A DNA stretch of 64,000 nucleotides from a virus. The DNA lies in IMG/VR virus record IMGVR_UViG_3300031707_000003, positions 47,678-111,677 of that record, one strand, 5' to 3'. The translations under genes and the position numbers were made by a program. Of the stretch, positions 10,131-19,269 are shown piece after piece. The first letter of the stretch is position 1. Each line of letters starts with the position of its first letter. Below the pieces are notes generated by a model. That model was not told the origin of the DNA. It saw only the letters and a program-made list of their open reading frames with translations, and made no database searches.

Positions 10131-11120
10131 ATGGCGTTCACATTTGACACCAACAGCATTCCGGCAACCGGCGCAGTATGCCTCTTCAAGCTGCGCACGG
10201 CTCTCGTGACGGCGGGCTGGACGCAGGTGGACAGCGGCGACGGTCTTGCCCTTCACAGTGCAGGGGCGGTCACGAGCGGCGCATCCGGTGCAAGCGGGCT
10301 GGGCAACAGTACCGCCTGGTTCGTCGTCCGCGACCCAAACAGTGTTCGCTCATTCTGCTGGCAGCGAGGCTCCACCAACCTCGTCTGGCGGACGAAGTAT
10401 TCTGCTAGCGCGGGGTTCACGGGAGGCTCTCCGACCGCGACGCAGGTTCCGAGCGCCACAGACGAGGTCGTGCTCAACGGAGGCGGCACCGACGCGGCGC
10501 CGACGTTCCAGACCCTCTTCGGAACGGACGGGACCCTTCGCTTCAACTGTGTCGCCGGAGACACGACCGTGGGCTACGCGTTCTACTGGGACGCCTTCAC
10601 CTCGGGGCTTCCGAGCGGGACGCACTACGGGATGCACCTGGAGGTCATGGCCGCAGGCTCCTTCCCGGCCGCCGACACAGACCCGGCCGTCGTCTACCTG
10701 GTCGCCCAGGGGAACGGAGGCGCTGGTACCACCGCGCCCTGGGGCTTCGACCTCATCCTGAACGAGTATGCCCGCGCGTTCCTGAGCAACACCCATACGA
10801 CTGGGAACTGGGTGCAGGTCGTGGCCATGCCGTACATGGACAGGAGCCTCAACGCGTACAAGATCCCCGCCATCTCGGCGGGCGACGGGGTCGCCCCGAA
10901 CCCGTTCTCGGCAAAGGATGACGGGTTCCCCATCCCCTGGGCTCGTACGGTCGGGAAGTCCGCGCCGATCGGGTGGAAGGGCTTTGGCAGCTTCCTCAGG
11001 TGGTCAGGCACGAACCGCACCAACTACGACACGATCAGCAACACGGGAGTGAACTCCCGCGACAAAATCTGGATGAACGGCGTGCTTCTTCCGTGGGACG
11101 GCAGCGTCCCGCTGACCTGA
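10131..11120 (+). CDS. Putative tail fibre/receptor-binding-associated virion protein
   Basis: 329 aa G/T/A-rich beta protein with SD AAGGAAG; 'LRTALVTAGWT' N-terminus resembles phage fibre-associated proteins. Confidence 0.5.
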   Translation: MAFTFDTNSIPATGAVCLFKLRTALVTAGWTQVDSGDGLALHSAGAVTSGASGASGLGNSTAWFVVRDPNSVRSFCWQRGSTNLVWRTKYSASAGFTGGSPTATQVPSATDEVVLNGGGTDAAPTFQTLFGTDGTLRFNCVAGDTTVGYAFYWDAFTSGLPSGTHYGMHLEVMAAGSFPAADTDPAVVYLVAQGNGGAGTTAPWGFDLILNEYARAFLSNTHTTGNWVQVVAMPYMDRSLNAYKIPAISAGDGVAPNPFSAKDDGFPIPWARTVGKSAPIGWKGFGSFLRWSGTNRTNYDTISNTGVNSRDKIWMNGVLLPWDGSVPLT

Positions 11121-11128
11121 GCTAACCC

Positions 11129-11452
11129 ATGGCTGACTTCGACGGAGAACTGCTTACCGCCCCCAATCTCCTTGAGGGGAACCAGGATGTCGACGGCGAT
11201 CTGCGCACAGCTCCGAGCCTCATTGAAGGTAACCAAGATACCGGTGGGGAGATATTCTCATCAGGCGGGGGTGCTCCTGTTCTCCACTTCAAGCTCAGGG
11301 CGCGTGATTCCGCGTGCATCATCACCAACCCCAACAGGTACGTCGAGTGGACGACCACCTCGACCCCGCTCACAGTGGCTAGCTACATAGGGGCACTTCC
11401 GTGTGGAGGACCGCTGGTCGAGCTGACTGTCTTGAGCATCCTCACGTCCTGA
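11129..11452 (+). CDS. Small hypothetical protein with a 17-aa tandem repeat
   Basis: DGELLTAPNLLEGNQDV / DGDLRTAPSLIEGNQDT repeat. Confidence 0.55.
   Translation: MADFDGELLTAPNLLEGNQDVDGDLRTAPSLIEGNQDTGGEIFSSGGGAPVLHFKLRARDSACIITNPNRYVEWTTTSTPLTVASYIGALPCGGPLVELTVLSILTS
11141..11242 (+). repeat. Two degenerate 51-nt tandem repeats (17 aa)
   Basis: gacggagaactgcttaccgcccccaatctccttgaggggaaccaggatgtc versus gacggcgatctgcgcacagctccgagcctcattgaaggtaaccaagatacc. Confidence 0.75.
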
Positions 11453-11501
11453 GCACCTAAGCGTGAGTTTTCCTATCAGATGCAGATGAGGAACAGAGCG
11501 G

Positions 11502-14500
11502 ATGGCGGTCATTATTCGAGGCGGTACTTACGGCACTGGAACGTACGGAACAACTCCGTTCGGTTCTCGCGCGTTTGACAGCCCCGGCCCTACCCTCGTT
11601 TCGAGCATCCCGGTCAACGGGGCTGGTGCCGTTGTGGTCGGGGCCCCGATCACGATCAACATCACTTCACCTGTCGAACTGGATCCCTGGTCCCTTTCCG
11701 TCACGGTACAGGGTCAGCAGGCTGTCGTAGGCGGTGACTTCGTTCCAGGGGGGGCCTTCGACGGCACGATCATCTTCGACGGCCCCGACCTACAAATTCT
11801 GATTGCCACGCATCCTGCCTTCCTGACAGGGGCGGTCGCCGTGGACACGCAGGTCACGGACCTCGCTGGAATTACGAACACGCTGTCGTTCGTGTTCATG
11901 ACCTCGTTCTTCGAGACCGTGGCCGTCTCCGAAATCGTGGCCGTCACACACGCAACGGCAGTTGCACTCAACGAGTCTGTCCCGGTTTTGGAGGGACTAG
12001 CCGTTAGCCTCGGGACAGCCGTTAGCCTTGCTGAGACCGTGCCGCTCACCGAGGTCGTCTCGGCAGGCACACTGATCATCGTTTCGTCCGAAGACACTCT
12101 CTCCGTTACCCTTCCCCTCGAAGTCTTGGTGGACGGGGTTGTCGACTTCTCTAATTACACGATCGCCCCCCTTCTCGCTTCGGATGACCCACCTGGCAAT
12201 AGCGCTTTCCCTGTTTCTATCCGGGAGATCACCCCCCTTCAGGCATTCGAACAGTCGGGGAGTGCTGCGACTGTCAATTCGTCGTTCGTTCTCACAATCG
12301 CCGATGGCACCTTCCTCCCTGGCAACGTCGGCGACTACCTCTTCTTGAGCAGCCCGCTCAACACGACGCCTTTCTTGCAGATCACTGCCATCTTGGGTCC
12401 CACTCAAGTCCAGGTCAACAAGCCGCTCATCATTACGGATCCCCAAAATGGCAGCATCCCCTGGACCTTGAAGTCCAGCGTGCAGGGGATGCTCGTCAAG
12501 ATCACCAAGCCAACGAACGGCGGTATCTATCGGTTCGCGGTTCGCAATCTCCGCTTGGCGCACCAATCGAACGCGATCTTCAACATCCGGGACTTCTTCG
12601 TCGCAGTTTCGTCGAAGCCTCAAGTTGAAGGTGTTGTGGTCCAAGATGACGGCCAGATCACCGTCCACTTCTCGGATTTGATGCTCTCCGACGGTGCGCT
12701 GACGGACCCACGCGAGTACTCGATCACGGGTCCCACCACGGTGCAGATCGTATCGGCAGCATCATCCGGGGTCAGTCCCGACGGAACCACCGAAATCCTT
12801 CTGACGACAACCGGCCTTGGGCCAGGGTCCTACCAGCTCACCGTGAATGCTACGGGTACCCCGCACGACGCTGCGGGCAACCCGATCGACCCCACGTTCA
12901 ATCAGACCGTGTTCCTGGGCGCCTCCCCCATCTCTTCGCGCAGCATCTACACGGATAAGGGGCCCATCGTCAAACCCCCTCTCATCTTGCTGTCCGGGGC
13001 GACCGCGACCATCAACGACGCCATCACCGTCACGTTGCCAACCGCATCCCTTACCGGGACCATGGTGGGGCTTCAGCTCGTGCTCACGGGCTCTTCGACG
13101 AACGGTGGGACCTTCCTCATCAAAGCCGTTCTTTCCCCGACCAAGGCTAGGGTCATCGCCAGCTTCCACCTGCCGGATCCCTCCAACGGGACCATCAGTT
13201 GGAAGGTTGTGGCCCCACGCGACGGGGAGATTGCGGACGACCCTACCGATGTCGTTGTGCGTATCAACGGTGTTCCAGTGGCCGCCCAGGCCGTCGCAGG
13301 CCTCCTCGGTCAGATCGTCATGTCGACGCCGCCGGTCCACGGGTCCGAGGTCAGAGTCGATTACAACTGGGTCTGCAATCCGGTCGTTGACTTCCGGCGG
13401 ATGAACTCGAAGGAGTTTCGGTTCAACAACTGGAACCGGGACAACGGGAGACCGAACGACACAAGCCGACACAAGTATCGGTTCAACAACACGCTCGTCA
13501 AACCGAGTTCGTTCGTCCCGCTCGACATGCGGGCTCTCCTTGACCAGCCTCTCCTCCGCGACCTGAAGTACAGGGCCTATGAGCGGGCGTACACGCCGAC
13601 CCTCAACGACCCCAATCTTCTGCTCTTCAACTCCCCCACCAACCACATCGCCTTCCCTCCTCTATCTCGTCCGACCGACGCCGTTTTCATCAACTACCAG
13701 GCGACGGTCCTACCTGAACTCGAACCCACGAACCCTTGGGTTCGCTATGGAACAGGTTCGGCAACGATCAACATCGACGAACTGATCGTCCAAGACACGT
13801 CCACGGGGCCATTCCCTACTGGCAACCCGATCTTCTGGACACGGCCGATCGACCTCACCTTCCCGCATGTCTTCGCTGCCGCATGGCGTATGACGCTCAA
13901 CGCGGCTCCGCTCACCGAAGGGGTCTTTACGGGAGTCGCTGCGGGCTACTCGACCGATCAGAAGGCTATCGTTGTAGGTTACATTGTCGATGCTGGGGTC
14001 AAGAAGATCGGCTTCCTAAAGGCCGGCTCCGGTAATGATCCGAGCACCTTGGCGGCCTGGGGTGGTGGTCTGGATGGCTTGGGGAATCCGACGGGACTCC
14101 CTGCGGCCCTCGATTGGTCGACGCTCCATAGCTACCGCATTTCCCGAGATAGGGATGGCAACGTTAGGGTCTTCCTCGACGGGAGTGTTGTCGAGATTCT
14201 TCGCATGACCGAAGCGGAGCTTCCCTTCCTAGCGGAGCTGAATGATCCGTTCAATGCGTTGGAGGGAGTCTTCTTCGGATCTCTCTCTCGTCCTGCGACG
14301 AGTACGTCGACGTGGAACTTCATGCGGTACGCGATCCTACCGCTGAACCCCTTCCAGTCTTCGCCATCTGTCTTCGTGTCGTACGAGGGGACCACTCCCC
14401 CTGAAGTCGCTTCGGACCCGTGGACCCCCGTAGGCTTCCACGGCACCGAGACCATCATCTCGAACGACTTCCTCCTCCTCGATTCGACAAGTGCGACGGA

Positions 14501-16820
14501 CTTGCCCACGGAGGGCCTCGCCGGCCTCATCAGCGGGGACTTTAAGGGCTTCGCACGCATCGAGCCGCTTCTTCAAATCGCTGCCGATGTCGTTCTCGAC
14601 GTGAACGTTACGCTCCGAACATTCACCCACGGCATCACTCCAAATGCCGTCATGGCAGCCGTGGATGACGGGGAGCTGCTCCTTCAACTCTGCTTCTTCC
14701 CCGACCAAGCGGCCCCCAAGGTCAGTTACGGTGGTCGGTCTCTCCCCGAGGCGTTCTCACCCTATGTGTGGACCCGCCTCGGTGGCGTGGTCCCCACCAT
14801 GCTTGGGCAGTATCTTCATGTCGAAGATGCGACCACGCTCGACGGGCTCGTCTACTTCATCGACGACAACAACACGCCGGCCTCGCCCAATCGCGTCGCA
14901 GCTTCGAGCAACGACTACATCCTGGAGTTCCGGGTCCAGGTCGTGTCGCATATGCCAGACGTCTCTGGCTTCTCTGGAGCGACGGCCCAAATCTACGACA
15001 GCACCAAATCCATCGGGGCGTTCCTTCGGGATGTCGCTGGGACCAAGTATGTGACCCTCCACTCGGACGGGGTTCCAGTCGTTGGCGGTCAGTTCGCGTT
15101 CAACTGGGACGATGGGAAGTTCCACACTTACCGTCTCACCAAGAGCACCCTCGGCAACCTTGTCTCTCTTTCGATCGATGGGGCTCTCGTCGGCTCGGTG
15201 GCCTACAGCGTCTTTACCACGCCCCCCGTCTCCCCCATCGGAGTGACGTCGTTCGGATCCTCAACGCCGGCCAGCATGCAGGCGAAGTCGATCACGAATT
15301 GGGCCTACTGCAACGGTTGGCGTGTACTCCCGTCTCTCAAGCACTTCGTGGGCATCTGGAAGGGTTTCGACTCAACTTCCCTCACTGGGTACCACCTCCC
15401 GCTCAAGGTCCAAGGGCGCGGAGCTTCGGTGGCCGGTAACGGCCTCGGGGATGTCACCGTCAACTTCGTGACCTCGGGCGTGGCCATCGGTGACAAGCTC
15501 ATCGTTGACGTTGGGCCAAACAAGGGCGTGTACACAGTTGCTTCGGTGGCAGCCACAACGCTCACGGTCTCAACAGTCTTTCCAGTGGCCCCCTCGGTTG
15601 TCGACTACCGCATCGCTGCTGAAACGGATTGGACTCTCCCTCACCGCTACCGCATCGTGCGGGACCCTGGCGGCGGGGTGTCTCTCTTCCTCGATACCAA
15701 CCCAACACCCCTCGTTCGGCTGGGGTACAACGGCGTCGACCTACCTTCGAGCCTCGTAGGGACCCCGCGCGTGATCGCAGGCGGGCTCCCGTCGATCGTT
15801 TGGGGGGCTTTCGATCCGACGAATCTATCGCAGACCTCGTGGGACTTCGTACGCTACGGGATCACGCGATCGGTTTCGGAGCAGGGTATCGTCCCCCACC
15901 ACCAAGTGCTGAACCAGCGGAACGTGATGCAGAGCTACGAGCATCACACCACAAACATCCCGCACCCCCACACGGACTTCTGGAGTGAGTCGGAAGGCAT
16001 CTCGCCGCAGACAGACCCGGACTTCCTCAGGAACACGGGGCTCACGGCATACACGCTCCTGAACGAAGGGACGCCACTCGTTCCGTTGACCCAGACCTAT
16101 GAGGTCCGCCGGCCGACCCCCGTGTATGTATCTGCGTCGTCGTTCAACAACCCCGAGGATCTCCTGAACGATCAGAGCTTCTTGCTGAACACATCCGAAC
16201 GGTTCATCAAGCTCCTCGTCCCAGACGATGTCCTCTACAATTGCCTCCAGGTCATCGAGCGGGACACCGGCGAGACGAGCCTCATCGCACCCTTCGATGA
16301 TGAGTGCGAACCTCACGACATGTTCGGGACACTCTCGTTCCAGAACACTGTCTGCCTCACTTACGAGGGGAACGTCCTTCCTGAGAACGACACGGCAGCA
16401 CCGACGCCATGGGCTCGGGTGGACGACAATCCTGCCCATGCCTTCTCCTCGGCGTTTGCTGGCATTCTGACGTACGGGACCGATGGGATCGGGACCAAGA
16501 CGATCTACCGCAACGTCACCCCCTTGCCTGACCAAATCTCACTCCAGACGGAAGTGAAGTTCAAGATCAAGCTCTTGAGTGATGCGTCAGGTGGGCTCGG
16601 GGATACCCAAGTCCGCTTTGGTTGGTCGTCGCCAGGGATGACGATGGCACTCGCCTTCGTTACCGTGCCCTCGGGGCAGCGCTACGTGCTCATCGTGGAT
16701 CTCAACAACCAGACCGTGGTAGGTGGGATCCTCTTCGACTTCAATGACGGCTTGTTCCACACGTACCGTCTTGTACGCGACGTCCTAACTGCCTCCGTCC
16801 AAGTCTTCATCGACACCTAA
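11502..16820 (+). CDS. Large virion/baseplate protein with Ig-like domains and repeated LamG/concanavalin-like modules (1772 aa)
   Basis: YG-repeat N-terminus; Ig-like segments; four copies each of [W/F]..H.YR[I/L].[R/K]....V...[L/I]D and Y.[G/A]..[L/P]PE. Confidence 0.7.
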   Translation: MAVIIRGGTYGTGTYGTTPFGSRAFDSPGPTLVSSIPVNGAGAVVVGAPITINITSPVELDPWSLSVTVQGQQAVVGGDFVPGGAFDGTIIFDGPDLQILIATHPAFLTGAVAVDTQVTDLAGITNTLSFVFMTSFFETVAVSEIVAVTHATAVALNESVPVLEGLAVSLGTAVSLAETVPLTEVVSAGTLIIVSSEDTLSVTLPLEVLVDGVVDFSNYTIAPLLASDDPPGNSAFPVSIREITPLQAFEQSGSAATVNSSFVLTIADGTFLPGNVGDYLFLSSPLNTTPFLQITAILGPTQVQVNKPLIITDPQNGSIPWTLKSSVQGMLVKITKPTNGGIYRFAVRNLRLAHQSNAIFNIRDFFVAVSSKPQVEGVVVQDDGQITVHFSDLMLSDGALTDPREYSITGPTTVQIVSAASSGVSPDGTTEILLTTTGLGPGSYQLTVNATGTPHDAAGNPIDPTFNQTVFLGASPISSRSIYTDKGPIVKPPLILLSGATATINDAITVTLPTASLTGTMVGLQLVLTGSSTNGGTFLIKAVLSPTKARVIASFHLPDPSNGTISWKVVAPRDGEIADDPTDVVVRINGVPVAAQAVAGLLGQIVMSTPPVHGSEVRVDYNWVCNPVVDFRRMNSKEFRFNNWNRDNGRPNDTSRHKYRFNNTLVKPSSFVPLDMRALLDQPLLRDLKYRAYERAYTPTLNDPNLLLFNSPTNHIAFPPLSRPTDAVFINYQATVLPELEPTNPWVRYGTGSATINIDELIVQDTSTGPFPTGNPIFWTRPIDLTFPHVFAAAWRMTLNAAPLTEGVFTGVAAGYSTDQKAIVVGYIVDAGVKKIGFLKAGSGNDPSTLAAWGGGLDGLGNPTGLPAALDWSTLHSYRISRDRDGNVRVFLDGSVVEILRMTEAELPFLAELNDPFNALEGVFFGSLSRPATSTSTWNFMRYAILPLNPFQSSPSVFVSYEGTTPPEVASDPWTPVGFHGTETIISNDFLLLDSTSATDLPTEGLAGLISGDFKGFARIEPLLQIAADVVLDVNVTLRTFTHGITPNAVMAAVDDGELLLQLCFFPDQAAPKVSYGGRSLPEAFSPYVWTRLGGVVPTMLGQYLHVEDATTLDGLVYFIDDNNTPASPNRVAASSNDYILEFRVQVVSHMPDVSGFSGATAQIYDSTKSIGAFLRDVAGTKYVTLHSDGVPVVGGQFAFNWDDGKFHTYRLTKSTLGNLVSLSIDGALVGSVAYSVFTTPPVSPIGVTSFGSSTPASMQAKSITNWAYCNGWRVLPSLKHFVGIWKGFDSTSLTGYHLPLKVQGRGASVAGNGLGDVTVNFVTSGVAIGDKLIVDVGPNKGVYTVASVAATTLTVSTVFPVAPSVVDYRIAAETDWTLPHRYRIVRDPGGGVSLFLDTNPTPLVRLGYNGVDLPSSLVGTPRVIAGGLPSIVWGAFDPTNLSQTSWDFVRYGITRSVSEQGIVPHHQVLNQRNVMQSYEHHTTNIPHPHTDFWSESEGISPQTDPDFLRNTGLTAYTLLNEGTPLVPLTQTYEVRRPTPVYVSASSFNNPEDLLNDQSFLLNTSERFIKLLVPDDVLYNCLQVIERDTGETSLIAPFDDECEPHDMFGTLSFQNTVCLTYEGNVLPENDTAAPTPWARVDDNPAHAFSSAFAGILTYGTDGIGTKTIYRNVTPLPDQISLQTEVKFKIKLLSDASGGLGDTQVRFGWSSPGMTMALAFVTVPSGQRYVLIVDLNNQTVVGGILFDFNDGLFHTYRLVRDVLTASVQVFIDT

Positions 16821-16823
16821 CCG

Positions 16824-18557
16824 ATGCCCCTCATTGCCATCAGCGCCTCTATCATTGCTGACTCGTCGATCGCGGCGGGGGCAACACTTCCCCGTCCCGG
16901 TTACGGCACTGGGTCGTACGGCGGTGGCCCCTACGGCAGCATCCTGGGTACGGCACTCGATGCGTCTATCGGAGCCGATTCGGTATTTTCCGCGACGCTG
17001 ATCAACAAGATCCAGATCGCCGCATCCCTGATCGCCAATTCGGCCTTCGCAGGGGTGAATGCTTCGATCGTCCAGGACGCTTCGGCCATCCTTGGAGACT
17101 CCACATGTGATGGCTATCTAAGTGGCGGCACTCCGGTCACGGTTCAGCGGTCCGGCAATTTTGGGACCGGGGATTTGGGTATTGGCCCGTACGGAGGGGC
17201 ATCACCTCTTCTCCAGGTCGAAGGGGCAACATCGCTCAGTCTGACCTCCGTTAGCGTTGCGTTCACTGACCTCCTTGATTTTACGTTCTTGCCCGCTTTG
17301 GTGCCGGGTAACTACTCCATCTCACCCCCTTTGACGATTTTGGGGGTCGTCCCACAAAGCGCGAAGTCCGTCATCCTCCTGACGACGACGCAAGCCAACA
17401 TCTCGTACACGGTCACGGTTCAAGCGGCGAAGAGCCTGAGTCTCAATTTCCTCGACCTGACTCACAACCAAGCGACCTTCACGGGTTCGCTACAGAGCCC
17501 GACCTTTTTCGGGGTTGCTACGGGACCAACACGTGTCCGCGCTGTCTTTGCCCAACCCATGTTGTTGGATGTGAATCTGACGAACCCTGCAAATTACACG
17601 GTGCAGGACATCGACGGCACCAATCTCCCTGTACTCTCCGCAACGTCGGAGCAGGCGACAAATCCTACTTCTGTTCTGCTCACGCTTGGCGTGGCCCTCA
17701 CCACCCAGACCTTCTACGATCTCACTCTTGCGGCAAGCATCCAGACGAACGGTGGGCAGTCGGTTGAACCCCCCACGTCTGTGTTCCAGTGGGTCTCCTC
17801 ACTGGGTCAGGTATCGATTCCGGAGGGCGCCTTTTCGGGGGAAGTCCTAAACGGCCTTTTTGGTATCCACAACGGCCTGGTCTTTTTCTCTCCGGCTCTG
17901 GTCAACTCGGCGGCCAATTCGATCATCCAGGTCGATGAGGTTGATGTCTGCACCAAGGCTTACGACGAGTACCACTTCCCCCAACCGGTCGACCCGCCGC
18001 CATTTTTCACACACGGGGGAGGGCTCTACCCGACCCCTCCGTCGTTCCTCAACTCTCCGTCGGTTCTATGGGTAGACTTTCCCCTGCTCTTCGAGGCGAA
18101 GCTCGAACTTGGGTTCCACCCGAACGACATCATGCCTCAGGCGGTCGATGGGGCGGTCTCCGTGACCTTCCAGGAGCCCTGGACTCCAAGTCGAGTCGCA
18201 CTGCTCAACAACACGGCCTGGTACCTCTTCAATAACACGGGGTTGACGGTCCCTCCGACCTTCATCACGGCGGATAACCTGACTCCCATCCCGCCGGGGC
18301 CGACAAGCATCCTGATTCTGCACGCACCGATGGACGGCGGTTCTAGCTTTGCGGGTACGCCTACAGCCGCATGGGCGGGAGCGGCTCAGTTCCAGGCCAA
18401 CTCGACCATGATCGGGGTACCTATCCCCGATGTTCCCATCCTCACGGGGCCCGTAGGGAACGCCAACGTCACAGCCGCAGCAACGGTGACGTACCATCCG
18501 ACCCTTCCCATGCTGGCGGATTCGTTCGTCTCGGCGACCCTCTCCAAGTTCCCGTAG
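16824..18557 (+). CDS. Virion structural protein with YG repeats and tandem Ig-like domains
   Basis: 'GYGTGSYGGGPYGS', 'GNFGTGDLGIGPYGG'; Ig-like 'VRAVFAQPMLLDVNLTNPANYTV' resembles a domain of the preceding protein. Confidence 0.65.
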   Translation: MPLIAISASIIADSSIAAGATLPRPGYGTGSYGGGPYGSILGTALDASIGADSVFSATLINKIQIAASLIANSAFAGVNASIVQDASAILGDSTCDGYLSGGTPVTVQRSGNFGTGDLGIGPYGGASPLLQVEGATSLSLTSVSVAFTDLLDFTFLPALVPGNYSISPPLTILGVVPQSAKSVILLTTTQANISYTVTVQAAKSLSLNFLDLTHNQATFTGSLQSPTFFGVATGPTRVRAVFAQPMLLDVNLTNPANYTVQDIDGTNLPVLSATSEQATNPTSVLLTLGVALTTQTFYDLTLAASIQTNGGQSVEPPTSVFQWVSSLGQVSIPEGAFSGEVLNGLFGIHNGLVFFSPALVNSAANSIIQVDEVDVCTKAYDEYHFPQPVDPPPFFTHGGGLYPTPPSFLNSPSVLWVDFPLLFEAKLELGFHPNDIMPQAVDGAVSVTFQEPWTPSRVALLNNTAWYLFNNTGLTVPPTFITADNLTPIPPGPTSILILHAPMDGGSSFAGTPTAAWAGAAQFQANSTMIGVPIPDVPILTGPVGNANVTAAATVTYHPTLPMLADSFVSATLSKFP

Positions 18558-18608
18558 AAAGCTCTTATGCGGGCACTCCGATGACTCACACGCGTCGTAT
18601 CGGAGGAA

Positions 18609-19262
18609 ATGAAGATGAAGAGTCGCGAGGCCTTGCCCCGCCCCGTAGACGTACCGCCCGCGTTCGTGATGCGGCCGGTCCACCACGAGGACTTCAGCCG
18701 CTACTATATCCGTGGCGACGTTTTCATCGAGGTGCGGGACGGTTCGACTGGAGCGCTTCAGGAGAAGCGTGAACTCCTCAACCTTGTGGTTCTTGACGCG
18801 TCGATTTTGATCGCGCGGCTCATGAAGAACAACCAGGAGCCTCCGCACGGGATTTTTGCCCTCGCGGTTGGCACCGGAGACGTCGGCTGGAACCCGATGA
18901 GTCCGCCTGCCCCCACGAATACGCAGCGTGCGCTCTACTCCGAGTTGGCTCGCAAGACGTTCGCCAACACTCAGTTCATCGACACCGGGGGTGTCCCCAC
19001 GGCGATCCCCACGCGCGTCGTCGACTTCACGACGACCTATGCGGAAGCTGAGGCGGTTGGTCCGCTCGTCGAGATGGGCCTCATTGGAGGCAACGTCAAC
19101 TCGAACCTGTCGATCCGCAATCCTGTCCTACCGCCCAACGGCCCGTACAACGCGACCGTTGACCTCACCACGAAGGATACGTTGGTGAATTACTTGACGT
19201 TTCCTGTCATCAACAAGCCTCCTACGAGCACGCTGACCATCGTGTGGCGGCTGACCTTCTGA
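18609..19262 (+). CDS. Tail-fibre attachment/baseplate protein (gpH-N-like; similar to 8342..8860)
   Basis: 'NLVVLDAS...LAVGTG...ALYSELARK...EAVGPLVEMGL...TFPVINK...LTIVWRLTF'; SD GGAGG. Confidence 0.65.
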   Translation: MKMKSREALPRPVDVPPAFVMRPVHHEDFSRYYIRGDVFIEVRDGSTGALQEKRELLNLVVLDASILIARLMKNNQEPPHGIFALAVGTGDVGWNPMSPPAPTNTQRALYSELARKTFANTQFIDTGGVPTAIPTRVVDFTTTYAEAEAVGPLVEMGLIGGNVNSNLSIRNPVLPPNGPYNATVDLTTKDTLVNYLTFPVINKPPTSTLTIVWRLTF

Positions 19263-19269
19263 GGGACGC